From: an uncultured Desulfatitalea sp.
GTDB taxonomy: Bacteria > Desulfobacterota > Desulfobacteria > Desulfobacterales > Desulfosarcinaceae
NCBI GenBank assembly: GCA_963668675.2
Contig: CAXXMB010000001.1
Coordinates: forward strand, 320,001 to 384,000
Length of the DNA: 64,000 nt
Reading direction: 5' to 3'
Positions within the stretch are counted from its first letter, which is position 1, and the number at the start of each line of letters is the position of its first letter. Shown here piece by piece: positions 31,421 to 41,352 of the stretch. Made by a program: the position numbers and the translations under genes. The notes beneath the pieces were generated by a model that saw only the letters and a list, made by a program, of their open reading frames with translations, made no database searches and was not told where the DNA came from.

Positions 31421-31619
31421 GCTTGACACTCGTAAGACAAATAATTAATTGTACTATCCTATTTAGTCGATTGTTGCTTTAATTGCAACCGCCGGCGTTC
31501 AGGCGTCGGCAGTGTAGCCGCGTCGGCGCAAGAGCGGTCAGATCGTCTCTTTTTGACCTTCTCTGTACGATATGGCCAAGAGGCTCTGGAAAAACCTAAC
31601 ACCAAAAAGGGATAGCACC

Positions 31620-32489
31620 ATGGCGAGAGAAAAAATCAACAAAGGCTTCGCGGAGATGTTCAAGAACGGCGTCATCATGGACGTCACCACACCAGAACAG
31701 GCGCTGATTGCCCAGGAGGCCGGTGCCTGTGCAGTGATGGCGCTCGAGCGGGTCCCTGCCGATATTCGTAAAGATGGTCAGGTGGCGCGCATGAGCGACC
31801 CGGCAATGATCCAGGCGATTATGGAGGCGGTGAGCATACCGGTGATGGCCAAGGTGCGTATCGGCCACTTTTTGGAGGCGCGGATGCTCGAATCCCTGGG
31901 CGTTGATTTTGTTGATGAGAGTGAGGTCCTCACCCCTGCGGACGAGAGCCGGCATGTGGAAAAGCAGCCTTTTAAAGTTCCTTTTGTCTGCGGCGCCCGA
32001 AATCTTGGAGAGGCGTTAAGACGGATCAACGAGGGAGCAGCGATGATCCGCACGAAAGGTGAAGCCGGAACTGGAAACATTGTAGAGGCGGTGCGTCATA
32101 TGCGGGCCATCAATGAGGAGATCGAGGCCCTGAAGGGGCTCGACGAACACCAGACGATTAAACTGGCGGGAGAGATGCGTGTACCGCTCGGACTGGTTCA
32201 GCAGACCCGTGAACTGGGGCGCCTAAGCGTTGTCAACTTCGCTGCCGGGGGTATTGCAACACCTGCTGACGCAGCGTTGATGATGGCATTGGGCTCGGAC
32301 GGGGTTTTTGTCGGTTCCGGTGTATTCAAGTCACAGAATCCGCCCAAAATGGCCCACGCCATCGTGCAGGCCGTGATCCACTATCAGGATCCGGCAAGAC
32401 TGGTGGAGATATCCAAAAATCTTGGTACGGCCATGATCGGTCTTGAAAAAGAGGCCATGGAGATCAAGATGGCGGAGCGAGGCGTTTAG
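31620..32489 (+). CDS. pdxS: Pyridoxal 5'-phosphate synthase lyase subunit
   Basis: [49 protein letters not shown]. Confidence 0.97.
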   Translation: MAREKINKGFAEMFKNGVIMDVTTPEQALIAQEAGACAVMALERVPADIRKDGQVARMSDPAMIQAIMEAVSIPVMAKVRIGHFLEARMLESLGVDFVDESEVLTPADESRHVEKQPFKVPFVCGARNLGEALRRINEGAAMIRTKGEAGTGNIVEAVRHMRAINEEIEALKGLDEHQTIKLAGEMRVPLGLVQQTRELGRLSVVNFAAGGIATPADAALMMALGSDGVFVGSGVFKSQNPPKMAHAIVQAVIHYQDPARLVEISKNLGTAMIGLEKEAMEIKMAERGV

Positions 32490-32560
32490 CCGTCCGGCGA
32501 CAAGATGAGACGGTACCATCTCAGGGGCATTGCCCGGTGGCAGGCCGAAAAGGGGGTCCT

Positions 32561-33121
32561 ATGAATGTCGTCGGTCTGTTGGGGTTGCAGGGCGCTTTCC
32601 TGGATCACATCCCCCATTTAGAACGTTGCGGCGCACCATATCGGATCGTGAGGGACGATGAGGCGCTGGCTGCTATCGATCGGCTAATCATTCCCGGTGG
32701 GGAGAGCACGGTGATGACCAAATTCCTCGAAGAGTTTGGAATGCTGAAGAGACTGGGGGTCCGAATTCGGAGCGGCATGCCGGTATGGGGGGTGTGTGCC
32801 GGATCCATCCTGTTGGCGGAAGAGGTGGATGGCAGCGCGGGGACGCTGGCTGCCTTGCCGATCGCAGTGACCCGCAACGCTTACGGACGCCAGATCGCCA
32901 GCGATATTCAATCCATTGACATCCCCACGCTGAAGCTTGTGCAGTACCCAGCCGTTTTCATTAGGGCCCCCCGTATTGACCGCATCGGGCCGGATGTGAC
33001 CATTCATGCCCGCAGGGGCCTTGATCCGGTGTTCGTCCAAAAGGATCGGATCATGGCCACCACATTCCATCCTGAACTCAATAGGGACGACCTTTTTCAT
33101 GATTACTTCTTAAAACTGTAA
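32561..33121 (+). CDS. pdxT: Pyridoxal 5'-phosphate synthase glutaminase subunit
   Basis: LQGAF, IPGGEST, GVCAG, RNAYGRQ, FIRAP, FHPEL. Confidence 0.96.
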   Translation: MNVVGLLGLQGAFLDHIPHLERCGAPYRIVRDDEALAAIDRLIIPGGESTVMTKFLEEFGMLKRLGVRIRSGMPVWGVCAGSILLAEEVDGSAGTLAALPIAVTRNAYGRQIASDIQSIDIPTLKLVQYPAVFIRAPRIDRIGPDVTIHARRGLDPVFVQKDRIMATTFHPELNRDDLFHDYFLKL

Positions 33122-33944
33122 AGAAGAGAAGCATCAAAATCAAGCCGAGTGCAATCATGGAGCCGCACAGCAGTTGGCCCATGGAGAAGGAGAAGAAGAT
33201 AAATCCCAGATGGGCATCCGGCTCCCTGAAGAACTCGATAACGAAACGGATAACGCCGTATCCGATCAGGTAGCAGCAAAACATCACCCCGGGTGTGCGC
33301 ACGCGATGGCGCAAAGACCATAAAATCAGAAAGAGAAGGATGCCCTCGCCGAAGGCCTCATAGAGTTGGGAGGGATGACGCAAGGCCGCCCCTTCAGCAT
33401 TGGGGAAATGCATGCCGATCGGAGCTGTGGTGACCCGCCCCCACAGTTCCCCGTTGAGAAAATTGCCGATGCGCCCAAAGGTGTATCCTGCCGCGCCGCA
33501 AGGCGCCAGCAGATCTAATGCCTTCCATGCCCCCAGACGATATTTATGTGTATACCACCACAATCCCATGAGTGTACCAATCAAGCCGCCATGATAGGAC
33601 ATCCCGGAGATTCCGGTAAACCGGATGCCGTTTTGGAACTGGAATGGCAGGATGATCTCGAGGGGGTGGCCGGCATAGTAGGCCATGTTATAGAACAGCA
33701 CATACCCCAGACGCGCACCGACGATTAGACCGATGATCATGGTCGTCATCAATCCCTGCAGGTGATCGATGGACACGTCCCATCCTCTTTCATTTTTCAG
33801 GCGGTAGCGGGCCAGCAGGTAGGTCGTGCCGAAAGCCACCAGATACATGAGGCCGTAGTACTGCAATCGAAAGCTGCCGATTTGAAAGATAACAGGGTCG
33901 ATGTGTGCGGGCAGATGCTGCCACCAATCCCAAAATGCGTTCAT
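33078..33944 (-). CDS. lgt: Prolipoprotein diacylglyceryl transferase
   Basis: YYGLMY, GARLGYVLFY, GMSYHGG, GRIGNFLNGELWGR, RHPSQLYE, EFFREPD. Confidence 0.97.
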   Translation of the reverse strand: MNAFWDWWQHLPAHIDPVIFQIGSFRLQYYGLMYLVAFGTTYLLARYRLKNERGWDVSIDHLQGLMTTMIIGLIVGARLGYVLFYNMAYYAGHPLEIILPFQFQNGIRFTGISGMSYHGGLIGTLMGLWWYTHKYRLGAWKALDLLAPCGAAGYTFGRIGNFLNGELWGRVTTAPIGMHFPNAEGAALRHPSQLYEAFGEGILLFLILWSLRHRVRTPGVMFCCYLIGYGVIRFVIEFFREPDAHLGFIFFSFSMGQLLCGSMIALGLILMLLFFTVLRSNHEKGRPY

Positions 33945-33981
33945 GCTGATTTATCTCCAAAGAAACGCTTTAAGTGTAACG

Positions 33982-34140
33982 TCAATGTCATTAACTTAAG
34001 CGGACGCAACGGGCGGGCATAAAGCCCGCCCCTGCGGAATTTGAATAGAAATACATTCTGTTACCATACACGAACCGTGTAGGGGCGGGCTTTATGCCCG
34101 CCCGGGTCGGTAGCTTAAAACGTTAAACTAACGACATTGA
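33982..34140. mobile_element. REPIN-like element: two inverted GTAG-type REPs within outer IRs
   Basis: GGGCGGGCATAAAGCCCGCCCCTGC and GTAGGGGCGGGCTTTATGCCCGCCC; outer IR TCAATGTCATTAACTTAA / TTAAACTAACGACATTGA. Confidence 0.75.
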
Positions 34141-34249
34141 GTGTAAAGTGTAAAGTATAAAGTCAAGCTGTTCTGTCGATTTTATCCATACCGACTCTGC
34201 ACTCTGTATCTGTTTTCGCGGTTGTTTGCGCTAAAGATTTCAAAATTCG

Positions 34250-36787
34250 CTACAGCGGCCTCCCGATCTGAATCAGAAAGACGGGACCATCCTGGTCCAG
34301 TCCGTCAGGTTGCATCAGGGGCCAGGCCAGGCCAACGCGGAAGCGTGCCATGATACCCCAGGCAATCTCCATTCCCATGATGAGCTCGAAACCTGCCCCG
34401 ACCAGCAGGTCTTCACTCGCCGGTCGATCGTCGGCGATACCGGCATCGGCAAATGTACCCAGGTGGATATTGTGAAGAAACAGCGGAAGGGTTTTGTAGC
34501 CGGTCTGTAGTCTGAACAGGGGCCAGAAGATCTCTAAGCCGCCGGAAGCGGCCTGCTCGGCTTCAAGGGCGTTGTTGTCGAAGCCACGCAGAAAGAAAAG
34601 GCGCGTAGGCCTTTGGGTGAAAAACCCTTCTCCCGTGTTCCCCCCGATACGAAACGTATTGTGTCCCTCCTTGATATCTCCCCATGTCTTTCCGGCCTGG
34701 AGGGTCATGACGGTGTTGATCCGTTCTCCGAAGCGATAGACGATTTCCCCGTACAAGGATTGGCTCTCTTCGGTAAAAAGATCCAGCGTCAGCGATGTTC
34801 GCAGCTGAGTTGACGCATATCGGTGGCTGATCGATCCCCACCATTCGTTATCAGACTGGCTTCGATGGTTCCTTGGGGCATAGTGACGCCAATTGGCGGA
34901 GAATTCCAATGCTTTGAATTTCGCGGGTGACCATCCCAGTTTGCTGTCCTGGCGTATTTCATTAACGCCTGTACCAAGCAGGGTTGTATAGCTGAAAGGA
35001 TAGTGCGAGGTGCGCAGATGCCAATTGTTAAGCTTGGTGCCGAGACGCCATGAAAACAGCGCGTCGTCTGTAGAGTAGCGGACACCGGCATCCCAGGCGT
35101 ATCTGCCAGTAACATCGCGTCCTGTGGTGGCCAGACCGACCTGGAAACTCTCTTCGTCGATGAAAATATCCGGTGAGATGTAGTTGGGCCAGATACTCCC
35201 AAAAGGCGAATAGGGACGGCTTTTCCCGGCGATATCGGTTTCGCCGTCGGACCCTCCTGTTGGCTTTTCACGAACAGGTTCAAGCAGCGTCCGCATATCA
35301 AGTGGGGCGGCATTTTCGAGGTTCAGGTCGGCCATCCGCCAACCCGTAGAGCCGAGTAGAAGATAGCGGTCGCCCCTCGGCAGAATTGCTGCTGTATGAT
35401 CGAACGTCAATTGTTGCATGGTATGGGTGTGGATTTGAAAGCGGCCACTTCTGTTTGAAGCAAAGAGCAGTTTGCCTTTGGAGAGCCAGGGATCCATTTC
35501 GATACTCGGTGCGTTCGTGATGCGGTGCCACGAACCATCAAACAGCCAGATGTCCCAGTTGCCATCGATGTTGCCGGATACTGCGATACGGCCGAACTCA
35601 TCCATCACCGGGCCGGAAAGTTGGATTGTCCCGGGCGGCGCGACCACCAGCTTCGGTTCAAGTCGCTTTTCTTTACGATCGCCGGAACAGTATTCCGGAT
35701 AGATGAGGAGAAAAGGGATACCCCCCCGGCGCGTTACGGCAACTCCGCCAGGCCCTGGATCCCATGCGTGTTCATATTTTGCCGTATCAACGCTGTCGCC
35801 GCGTTGTGACTTCAACCGGGAGATGTCATTGGTGTCATATGCACTGAGCCACAACCGGCCCTGCGGACCCACGACACCATATCGTCCTCTATGGACATTG
35901 CTTAACTTGCCCGGATAGACGCCCGCATCGTTCCAGAAGATAAAAGGATCGTGCCAGTAGCCTGTAATGGGCTGCCCGTGTGTGTTGACGGCTCTCTCTT
36001 CCATCTCCATTCGAAATTCACCCCATAGTTGGCTCCAGTTTTTACCGTAAACTGCTTCTGCCTCCAGGTCGATTTCGAACGGAACGATGCCGGCGCCATG
36101 CAGGGTTAAGACGGTATGAAGTTTTTGCCATCCATAGCGCCTGTCCAGCCATCTGATAAAGGGCCTTCCATAGATGCGGTGGGAGAATCTGCCCGGCCAT
36201 ACTTCAGGATGGTTGCTCACTTTATCGATATCGGGAAAGGGGCCTGTTTTGAGAATGGTGTCGGCAAGAGGGGTCGATACCCGTTTATGATTGAATTTTT
36301 CAAACAATAGAAATCCGATGCCTTCGATACCCCAGTCCGGTAAAATCAGATTGGGGGAGATGATTTCACCGAAGAGGTTGTGGACTGCTCCTGGAATGCC
36401 CGATCTTAAGCTGTATATGCCCTGGGCGCTCAATCCCATGAAGAGAAAAAAGCGCCAAGGGTGAGGTTCGAAACTGCCATCTTCCAATATGCCGGGCGCT
36501 CTGAGAGGAATTCGGATCTCCCTATGGGGGTACATGGTGGCCCGGGCTTTGGGCCGATCCAAGCGGTCGTCTACAACGATGTGCAGCGGCTTTTTGATGG
36601 GTAACCCCTGCTCGGCCAGATATGCCGATGCAGGGCCGCACTCGGAGAGCAGTTCCGAAGCGAGGCGCTCGTGTCCTTTCGGAAAATATATGAAGAAGTG
36701 ATCTTTTTCGATCACTTCCAAGGCCAATGCCGGGCGGTATAGAAGGAGCAGGGCAATCAGTGCTATCGTACGGGTCAAGAGTGGCAT
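34250..36787 (-). CDS. Outer-membrane protein: peptidase-MA-like domain, TolB/PD40-like propeller, Omp85-like barrel
   Basis: Signal peptide (PALA), LPDWGIEG, GNWDIW / EMDPWLS..LLFASNRSG, LRGF loop motif, amphipathic C-terminal strands. Confidence 0.7.
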   Translation of the reverse strand: MPLLTRTIALIALLLLYRPALALEVIEKDHFFIYFPKGHERLASELLSECGPASAYLAEQGLPIKKPLHIVVDDRLDRPKARATMYPHREIRIPLRAPGILEDGSFEPHPWRFFLFMGLSAQGIYSLRSGIPGAVHNLFGEIISPNLILPDWGIEGIGFLLFEKFNHKRVSTPLADTILKTGPFPDIDKVSNHPEVWPGRFSHRIYGRPFIRWLDRRYGWQKLHTVLTLHGAGIVPFEIDLEAEAVYGKNWSQLWGEFRMEMEERAVNTHGQPITGYWHDPFIFWNDAGVYPGKLSNVHRGRYGVVGPQGRLWLSAYDTNDISRLKSQRGDSVDTAKYEHAWDPGPGGVAVTRRGGIPFLLIYPEYCSGDRKEKRLEPKLVVAPPGTIQLSGPVMDEFGRIAVSGNIDGNWDIWLFDGSWHRITNAPSIEMDPWLSKGKLLFASNRSGRFQIHTHTMQQLTFDHTAAILPRGDRYLLLGSTGWRMADLNLENAAPLDMRTLLEPVREKPTGGSDGETDIAGKSRPYSPFGSIWPNYISPDIFIDEESFQVGLATTGRDVTGRYAWDAGVRYSTDDALFSWRLGTKLNNWHLRTSHYPFSYTTLLGTGVNEIRQDSKLGWSPAKFKALEFSANWRHYAPRNHRSQSDNEWWGSISHRYASTQLRTSLTLDLFTEESQSLYGEIVYRFGERINTVMTLQAGKTWGDIKEGHNTFRIGGNTGEGFFTQRPTRLFFLRGFDNNALEAEQAASGGLEIFWPLFRLQTGYKTLPLFLHNIHLGTFADAGIADDRPASEDLLVGAGFELIMGMEIAWGIMARFRVGLAWPLMQPDGLDQDGPVFLIQIGRPL

Positions 36788-36942
36788 GTTACGTCGCGAC
36801 ACCTTCGCATGATGAAATGAGAGCATTGCGAACCAGTGTAGCGGCAAAAAAAGGAAAAGTAAAACAGTGAGGGCCGAATTAGGCAGATCCCTGAAGGGTA
36901 AATTGGCCCCCCTCATTCCCCGCACTCGAGATGCACGGCATG

Positions 36943-37058
36943 TGCGCAAAAAAGGTGCATTTCTGGCAAAGCGTGCAATTTTTTTCCAGGTCCATCGGTT
37001 GTGAATATTGGAAATCTAATAAAATACAAATAGATGAGTTTGTGGCATGTCTATTGCT
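36943..37058 (+). promoter_or_regulatory. Sigma54 promoter with upstream NtrC-like enhancer box
   Basis: TGGCAT-GTCTA-TTGCT at 37043-37058; TGCGC-N7-GTGCA at 36943-36959. Confidence 0.7.
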
Positions 37059-37157
37059 GATAACATTCAGCATCCTGTTTGCGCCGACTCACTTTCCGAG
37101 TGTCAATTGGGGTAGACAGGCAACCTCTCGCAGTCGTATCAGCTTCCGCAAAATCAA

Positions 37158-37619
37158 ATGACATATGGTGGAAAGGAAAAGGGCCAATTGGAAAACATCT
37201 CTGAGGACAACCGCCGTAAAGAATCACGCACGCTGGTCGATGATAATGTCTATGTCGTGATCGATACAACACCCGAGATGATGGGCCAGATGGTCGAGAT
37301 CAGTTCAACCGGTATGGCATTCACCTTCGTCGATCTGGATGCGGTCTCCAGCCGGCTCAGCGGTCGCCGCGACCTGCGTATGGATCTGTTTGCTGCCGGC
37401 AAGGGCTATTTCATACGCGACCTTCCGGCCAGACTGGTTTCCACCATCGAGACCGCAGGCCATGGTTCCTTCGACAAGACGCGACAAGGATCAATTGCTT
37501 CGATCATGATCAAGAGGATCGGTGTTGAGTTCGGTTCACTCTCCCTTTCCCAGCAGGTACAGATTAACTCTCTGATCCGTCGCCAGAACGAGGCGGCGGC
37601 GTCAGCAATGCAATCCTAA
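37158..37619 (+). CDS. PilZ-like domain protein
   Basis: RKESR (RxxxR), EISSTG, RIGVEF. Alternative TTG start at 37188. Confidence 0.75.
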   Translation: MTYGGKEKGQLENISEDNRRKESRTLVDDNVYVVIDTTPEMMGQMVEISSTGMAFTFVDLDAVSSRLSGRRDLRMDLFAAGKGYFIRDLPARLVSTIETAGHGSFDKTRQGSIASIMIKRIGVEFGSLSLSQQVQINSLIRRQNEAAASAMQS

Positions 37620-38192
37620 AACAATAACTGTTGCGGCTTCCCGATTTAAAGGGGCGTCCATCCTCCTCAAAATCCATCCATAGGCCATCCCTCCATCTGC
37701 TTATTACCCATTTTTTGATGTGCCATGCGTCAGAGGCTCCCGTCGACATACGGCGGTGATACCGATGATGTTGATTTGCTTCCAGGCAAGGTACAAATAT
37801 TGTTTGATATTTATGAATACCGCCATCCATCTTTTGTTTGACAATAAGTCAGCCTTTATTCTATAAATCAACGTTAATGCATATAATTCTTAGCATTTTA
37901 CATTCACAGACGGCAGATCCGATTTTCTGTGAACAAACCCCAATTGAGTTAAAGATCTTTGGGGGGGGAACCGATAATTGAAGAGGTACTTATGAAATGT
38001 TTAATCAAGCTTCCCTTGTGCGCACTCATGCACCGGGGGGGGAAGGGCCCGAAGGGGGGCAGGCGGTGCGAACCGATCCCATAAAGATGGGGTGGCACTC
38101 CAAATTGATTGCCTATAACTATATTGGAACGAGAAATTGGATGGTAATTGCCCGGGAATTATTTCGGCAACTACGGACAGGAGGCAAGGCAT

Positions 38193-40715
38193 ATGTGGGA
38201 TAAGATTAGATCACTGGGGTTGAGGCCCAAAATGGCAGCGCAGATCCTTTTTGTCGCTATTTTGGCGCTTTTTCTATCCATTGCCTATATCGGTTATAAT
38301 GCGCGCAAAAGTGCGTTGAGTCAGGCTGAAGAGGCGGCCCGGGAGGTCTCCCGCCACTGGGCCACTGTGGTTCAGGCTGATATGCAGGTCGCAATGGATA
38401 CGGCGCGAACACTCGCCCAGGCCTTGCAGGGTATGAAAAACCGCGGCGTGCCGGATCGGGGCGCGATCAACGCCATTCTGAAGAACATCTTGGAAGAGTA
38501 TCCTAACTTTGTGGCCGTCTGGACCTGTTGGGAGCCCAATGCACTGGACAACAAAGACAAGGTCTTTGCCAATGCCGCGGGCCACGATCAAACAGGCCGT
38601 TTCATCCCCTATTGGAACCGCCTCACCGGTCTGCCATCCGTTCAACCGCTTCAGGAATACAACACCCCCGGCCAGGGAGATTACTACCTGACACCGCTGA
38701 CCACAGGTCGGGAAATTATTTTCGACCCCTCCGTTTTTGAAATCAACGGCGAGCAGCAGTTTAAAACCGTTATTGCCGCGCCGATCCGGTTCAAGGATGA
38801 AATCGTCGGCGTCGTCGGAATCGACATTCCCCTGAAATCCTTCGAGGCCATCATCAAGCGCGTGAGATTCTATGAGGATGGATACGGCTTCATGATCGCC
38901 AACAACGGCGTCTTCGCCGCCCATCCGACCCGCTGGAGTAATGTGGGCAAGCATATGGATTTTTTCGAATTTACCCAGGAGAGCGTGCAGGCGGTTAAGA
39001 ACGGGCTCGAGGCAACTGAGAGAAAGCTTTCCAAAACATCGGGACAGGTGGCTTTCTACGCCTTCTCACCGATTCAGATTGGATTTTCCGACAAGCCCTG
39101 GAGTCTGGCCACCAATATCCCCGAAAAGACCATTACGGCCGCTGCGCAAAAACTCACCATCCAGGCGAGTGTCATCGGTCTGCTGGCCATCTTGATATTG
39201 GCCGGTGTCGTCTGGTTGCTGGTTGGTAATATTACACGTCCGGTTCTCGGCATGGCCAACACGATTCGCCAGGTTGCCCGGGAACGCGATTTGACCCTCG
39301 ACGTATCGGTCACCTCCAAAGATGAGATCGGCATGATGGGTCGAGAGTTCAACAACATGATGAAAGCGCTGCGCGACTCGTTCGGCATGGTGGAAGATGC
39401 TGCCAAGGGCGTGAACAGCCAATCGGGCGAAGTGGCCAAGCGTGCTACGGCGAACCGGGACCGTGCCGAACAGGAAGAGAAACAGATGACCTCGGTGCTC
39501 GAGACCGTGGCACAGATGGGCGAAACCGCCAGTCAGGTCCAACAGGCATCGAACAGCCAGGCCGAGGCGGCTAACAAGTCATTCGAGAGGCTGGCCCAAT
39601 TGATCGAAGAGATGAAGCAGATGGATGAGGCCAGCAGCGAGCAGATCCAAGAGGCCAGCGTGGCCACCGAGCGTGTGGCCGCTATGGGTGAAACCGCCGG
39701 CCGGGTAACCGGTATTGCCCAGCGCCAGAGTGAACAGGTGCTGCAGGTGACAGATTCGATGCGCCAGATTGCCAAGTCGGTGGAGGAGATGACAAGGGCC
39801 GCCAACCGTGCCACCGAACAAGGCCGCATGGTGCTCGATGCCGCCGAAGAGGGACGAAATACAGTTGACGCCACCGTTCAAGGTATGCAGGCCATTAAGG
39901 GATCATCGGAACAGATCGCCGACATCATCAGCGTGATCACTGAAATCGCGGAGCAAACCAACTTGCTGGCCCTGAACGCCGCCATTGAGGCTGCGCGAGC
40001 AGGTGTCCACGGACGCGGTTTTGCGGTCGTTGCCGACGAAGTTGGTAAACTGGCCCAGCGCTCTTCCGAAGCGGCCAAGGAGATTACCCAGTTGATTAAA
40101 GACTCTACCAGTAAGGTAGAGGAGGGAACACGTCTGACCGACCGCTCCCAGGGTGCGCTGCACAAGATTGCCCAGGGTGGTGAAATCAATATGCGTGCTA
40201 TTGAAGAGATTGCCCGCGCTTCCGATCTGCTGGCGGAGAACACCTCTGAGGTCAACAAGCTGGTTGAAGACTTGAGCCGGTTGGCCCAGGAGATTGCCGG
40301 CATGGCTGGACAACAGGGGCAGCGGCGGGAAGCAGCCCAGAAGGCGCTTGCCGCGCTGGTTGAAAAAGCCAACGGCATTTCCGAACAGGTGGCCAAGGCC
40401 ACCGAGCGCTCCAATGCAGCCGGCGATGAGATGCGTGCCATCGTTCAGCGCTCGGAACAGGTGAAGAATATGACCGAAGCCCAGACCGGTCGGTCTCAAC
40501 AGTTGCGCGAAGTGACCGGTGAGTCGGCGGAGCGCGCCAAACAGACCGCTTCCGGCGCTGGTCAGGTCGTGGGTATTACCTTGGAGATGCAGCGGCTCTC
40601 CGCCAACCTGACCCGTCAGGTGGCGCAGTTCAAGATTCGCAAAGGAGAAGTCATCGAAGGTTTGGATCTTGTGGGCAGCAGCAACCCGGCCGCCCAGGAA
40701 AATCCGGGCGAGTAG
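38193..40715 (+). CDS. Methyl-accepting chemotaxis protein (dCache, HAMP, very long signalling domain)
   Basis: Two TMs, WEPNALD/GRFIPYW Cache motif, [46 protein letters not shown]. Confidence 0.95.
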   Translation: MWDKIRSLGLRPKMAAQILFVAILALFLSIAYIGYNARKSALSQAEEAAREVSRHWATVVQADMQVAMDTARTLAQALQGMKNRGVPDRGAINAILKNILEEYPNFVAVWTCWEPNALDNKDKVFANAAGHDQTGRFIPYWNRLTGLPSVQPLQEYNTPGQGDYYLTPLTTGREIIFDPSVFEINGEQQFKTVIAAPIRFKDEIVGVVGIDIPLKSFEAIIKRVRFYEDGYGFMIANNGVFAAHPTRWSNVGKHMDFFEFTQESVQAVKNGLEATERKLSKTSGQVAFYAFSPIQIGFSDKPWSLATNIPEKTITAAAQKLTIQASVIGLLAILILAGVVWLLVGNITRPVLGMANTIRQVARERDLTLDVSVTSKDEIGMMGREFNNMMKALRDSFGMVEDAAKGVNSQSGEVAKRATANRDRAEQEEKQMTSVLETVAQMGETASQVQQASNSQAEAANKSFERLAQLIEEMKQMDEASSEQIQEASVATERVAAMGETAGRVTGIAQRQSEQVLQVTDSMRQIAKSVEEMTRAANRATEQGRMVLDAAEEGRNTVDATVQGMQAIKGSSEQIADIISVITEIAEQTNLLALNAAIEAARAGVHGRGFAVVADEVGKLAQRSSEAAKEITQLIKDSTSKVEEGTRLTDRSQGALHKIAQGGEINMRAIEEIARASDLLAENTSEVNKLVEDLSRLAQEIAGMAGQQGQRREAAQKALAALVEKANGISEQVAKATERSNAAGDEMRAIVQRSEQVKNMTEAQTGRSQQLREVTGESAERAKQTASGAGQVVGITLEMQRLSANLTRQVAQFKIRKGEVIEGLDLVGSSNPAAQENPGE

Positions 40716-40796
40716 TATTAAATGGGATCACCAGAAGAAGGGTATCGTGCCAGGAACCCTCAAGTGGCACGATACCCTTATTTGAATTGAGAACTT

Positions 40797-41273
40797 ATGG
40801 CGCTGATTATAGACCAGGAAAATATCGTCCAGCTCATTGGCTTTAATGTTGGCCCGAAATTGCTTGGTGCGGACATACTGACCATTCGTGAAATTTTGCG
40901 TGAGCCGTCGATTGGTGAGGCGGTTGGAGCGCCTTCTTTTGTTGCAGGCATCGTAAAACTCAGGGGGCAGGTGATTCCCATTGTCGATTTGGGATTCGTC
41001 ATCGGGATTACCAGCGAGGATAAGGGGTTGGACAAATCATGGGTGTTGGTCGTCCAGGCCGGCGAGCATCTGGTGGGCTATCGGATTGATTCGGTGACTC
41101 CGATTCTCAGAGTAGAGGAGAATACGATTCTGCCGGCCCCTGATATTATTGTGTCTGGTTTGCGAAGCAAATATATTCGAGGTGTGTGTGAAACCGAAAA
41201 GGGACTACTGGTGGTTGTCGACCTTGAATATATACTTGATGATGATGAGGTCAAAGCCTTGGAGCGGATGTAA
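40797..41273 (+). CDS. cheW: Chemotaxis coupling protein CheW
   Basis: APSFVAGIVKLRGQVIPIVDL, VGYRIDSV, KYIRGV. Confidence 0.9.
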   Translation: MALIIDQENIVQLIGFNVGPKLLGADILTIREILREPSIGEAVGAPSFVAGIVKLRGQVIPIVDLGFVIGITSEDKGLDKSWVLVVQAGEHLVGYRIDSVTPILRVEENTILPAPDIIVSGLRSKYIRGVCETEKGLLVVVDLEYILDDDEVKALERM

Positions 41274-41352
41274 ATCCGTTGAAAATCAAGGTGGTGGTGA
41301 ATGTGGCTTCCTGATTGCGACTGACTGCTAATACGTCTGGATATGGCCGCTG

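Noticed and set aside
37992..38084. 30-codon uORF with GAGG RBS spanning a G8 tract upstream of the MCP, possible phase variation
   Set aside because: Peptide is low-complexity and the tract lies outside the MCP coding sequence; no supporting evidence.
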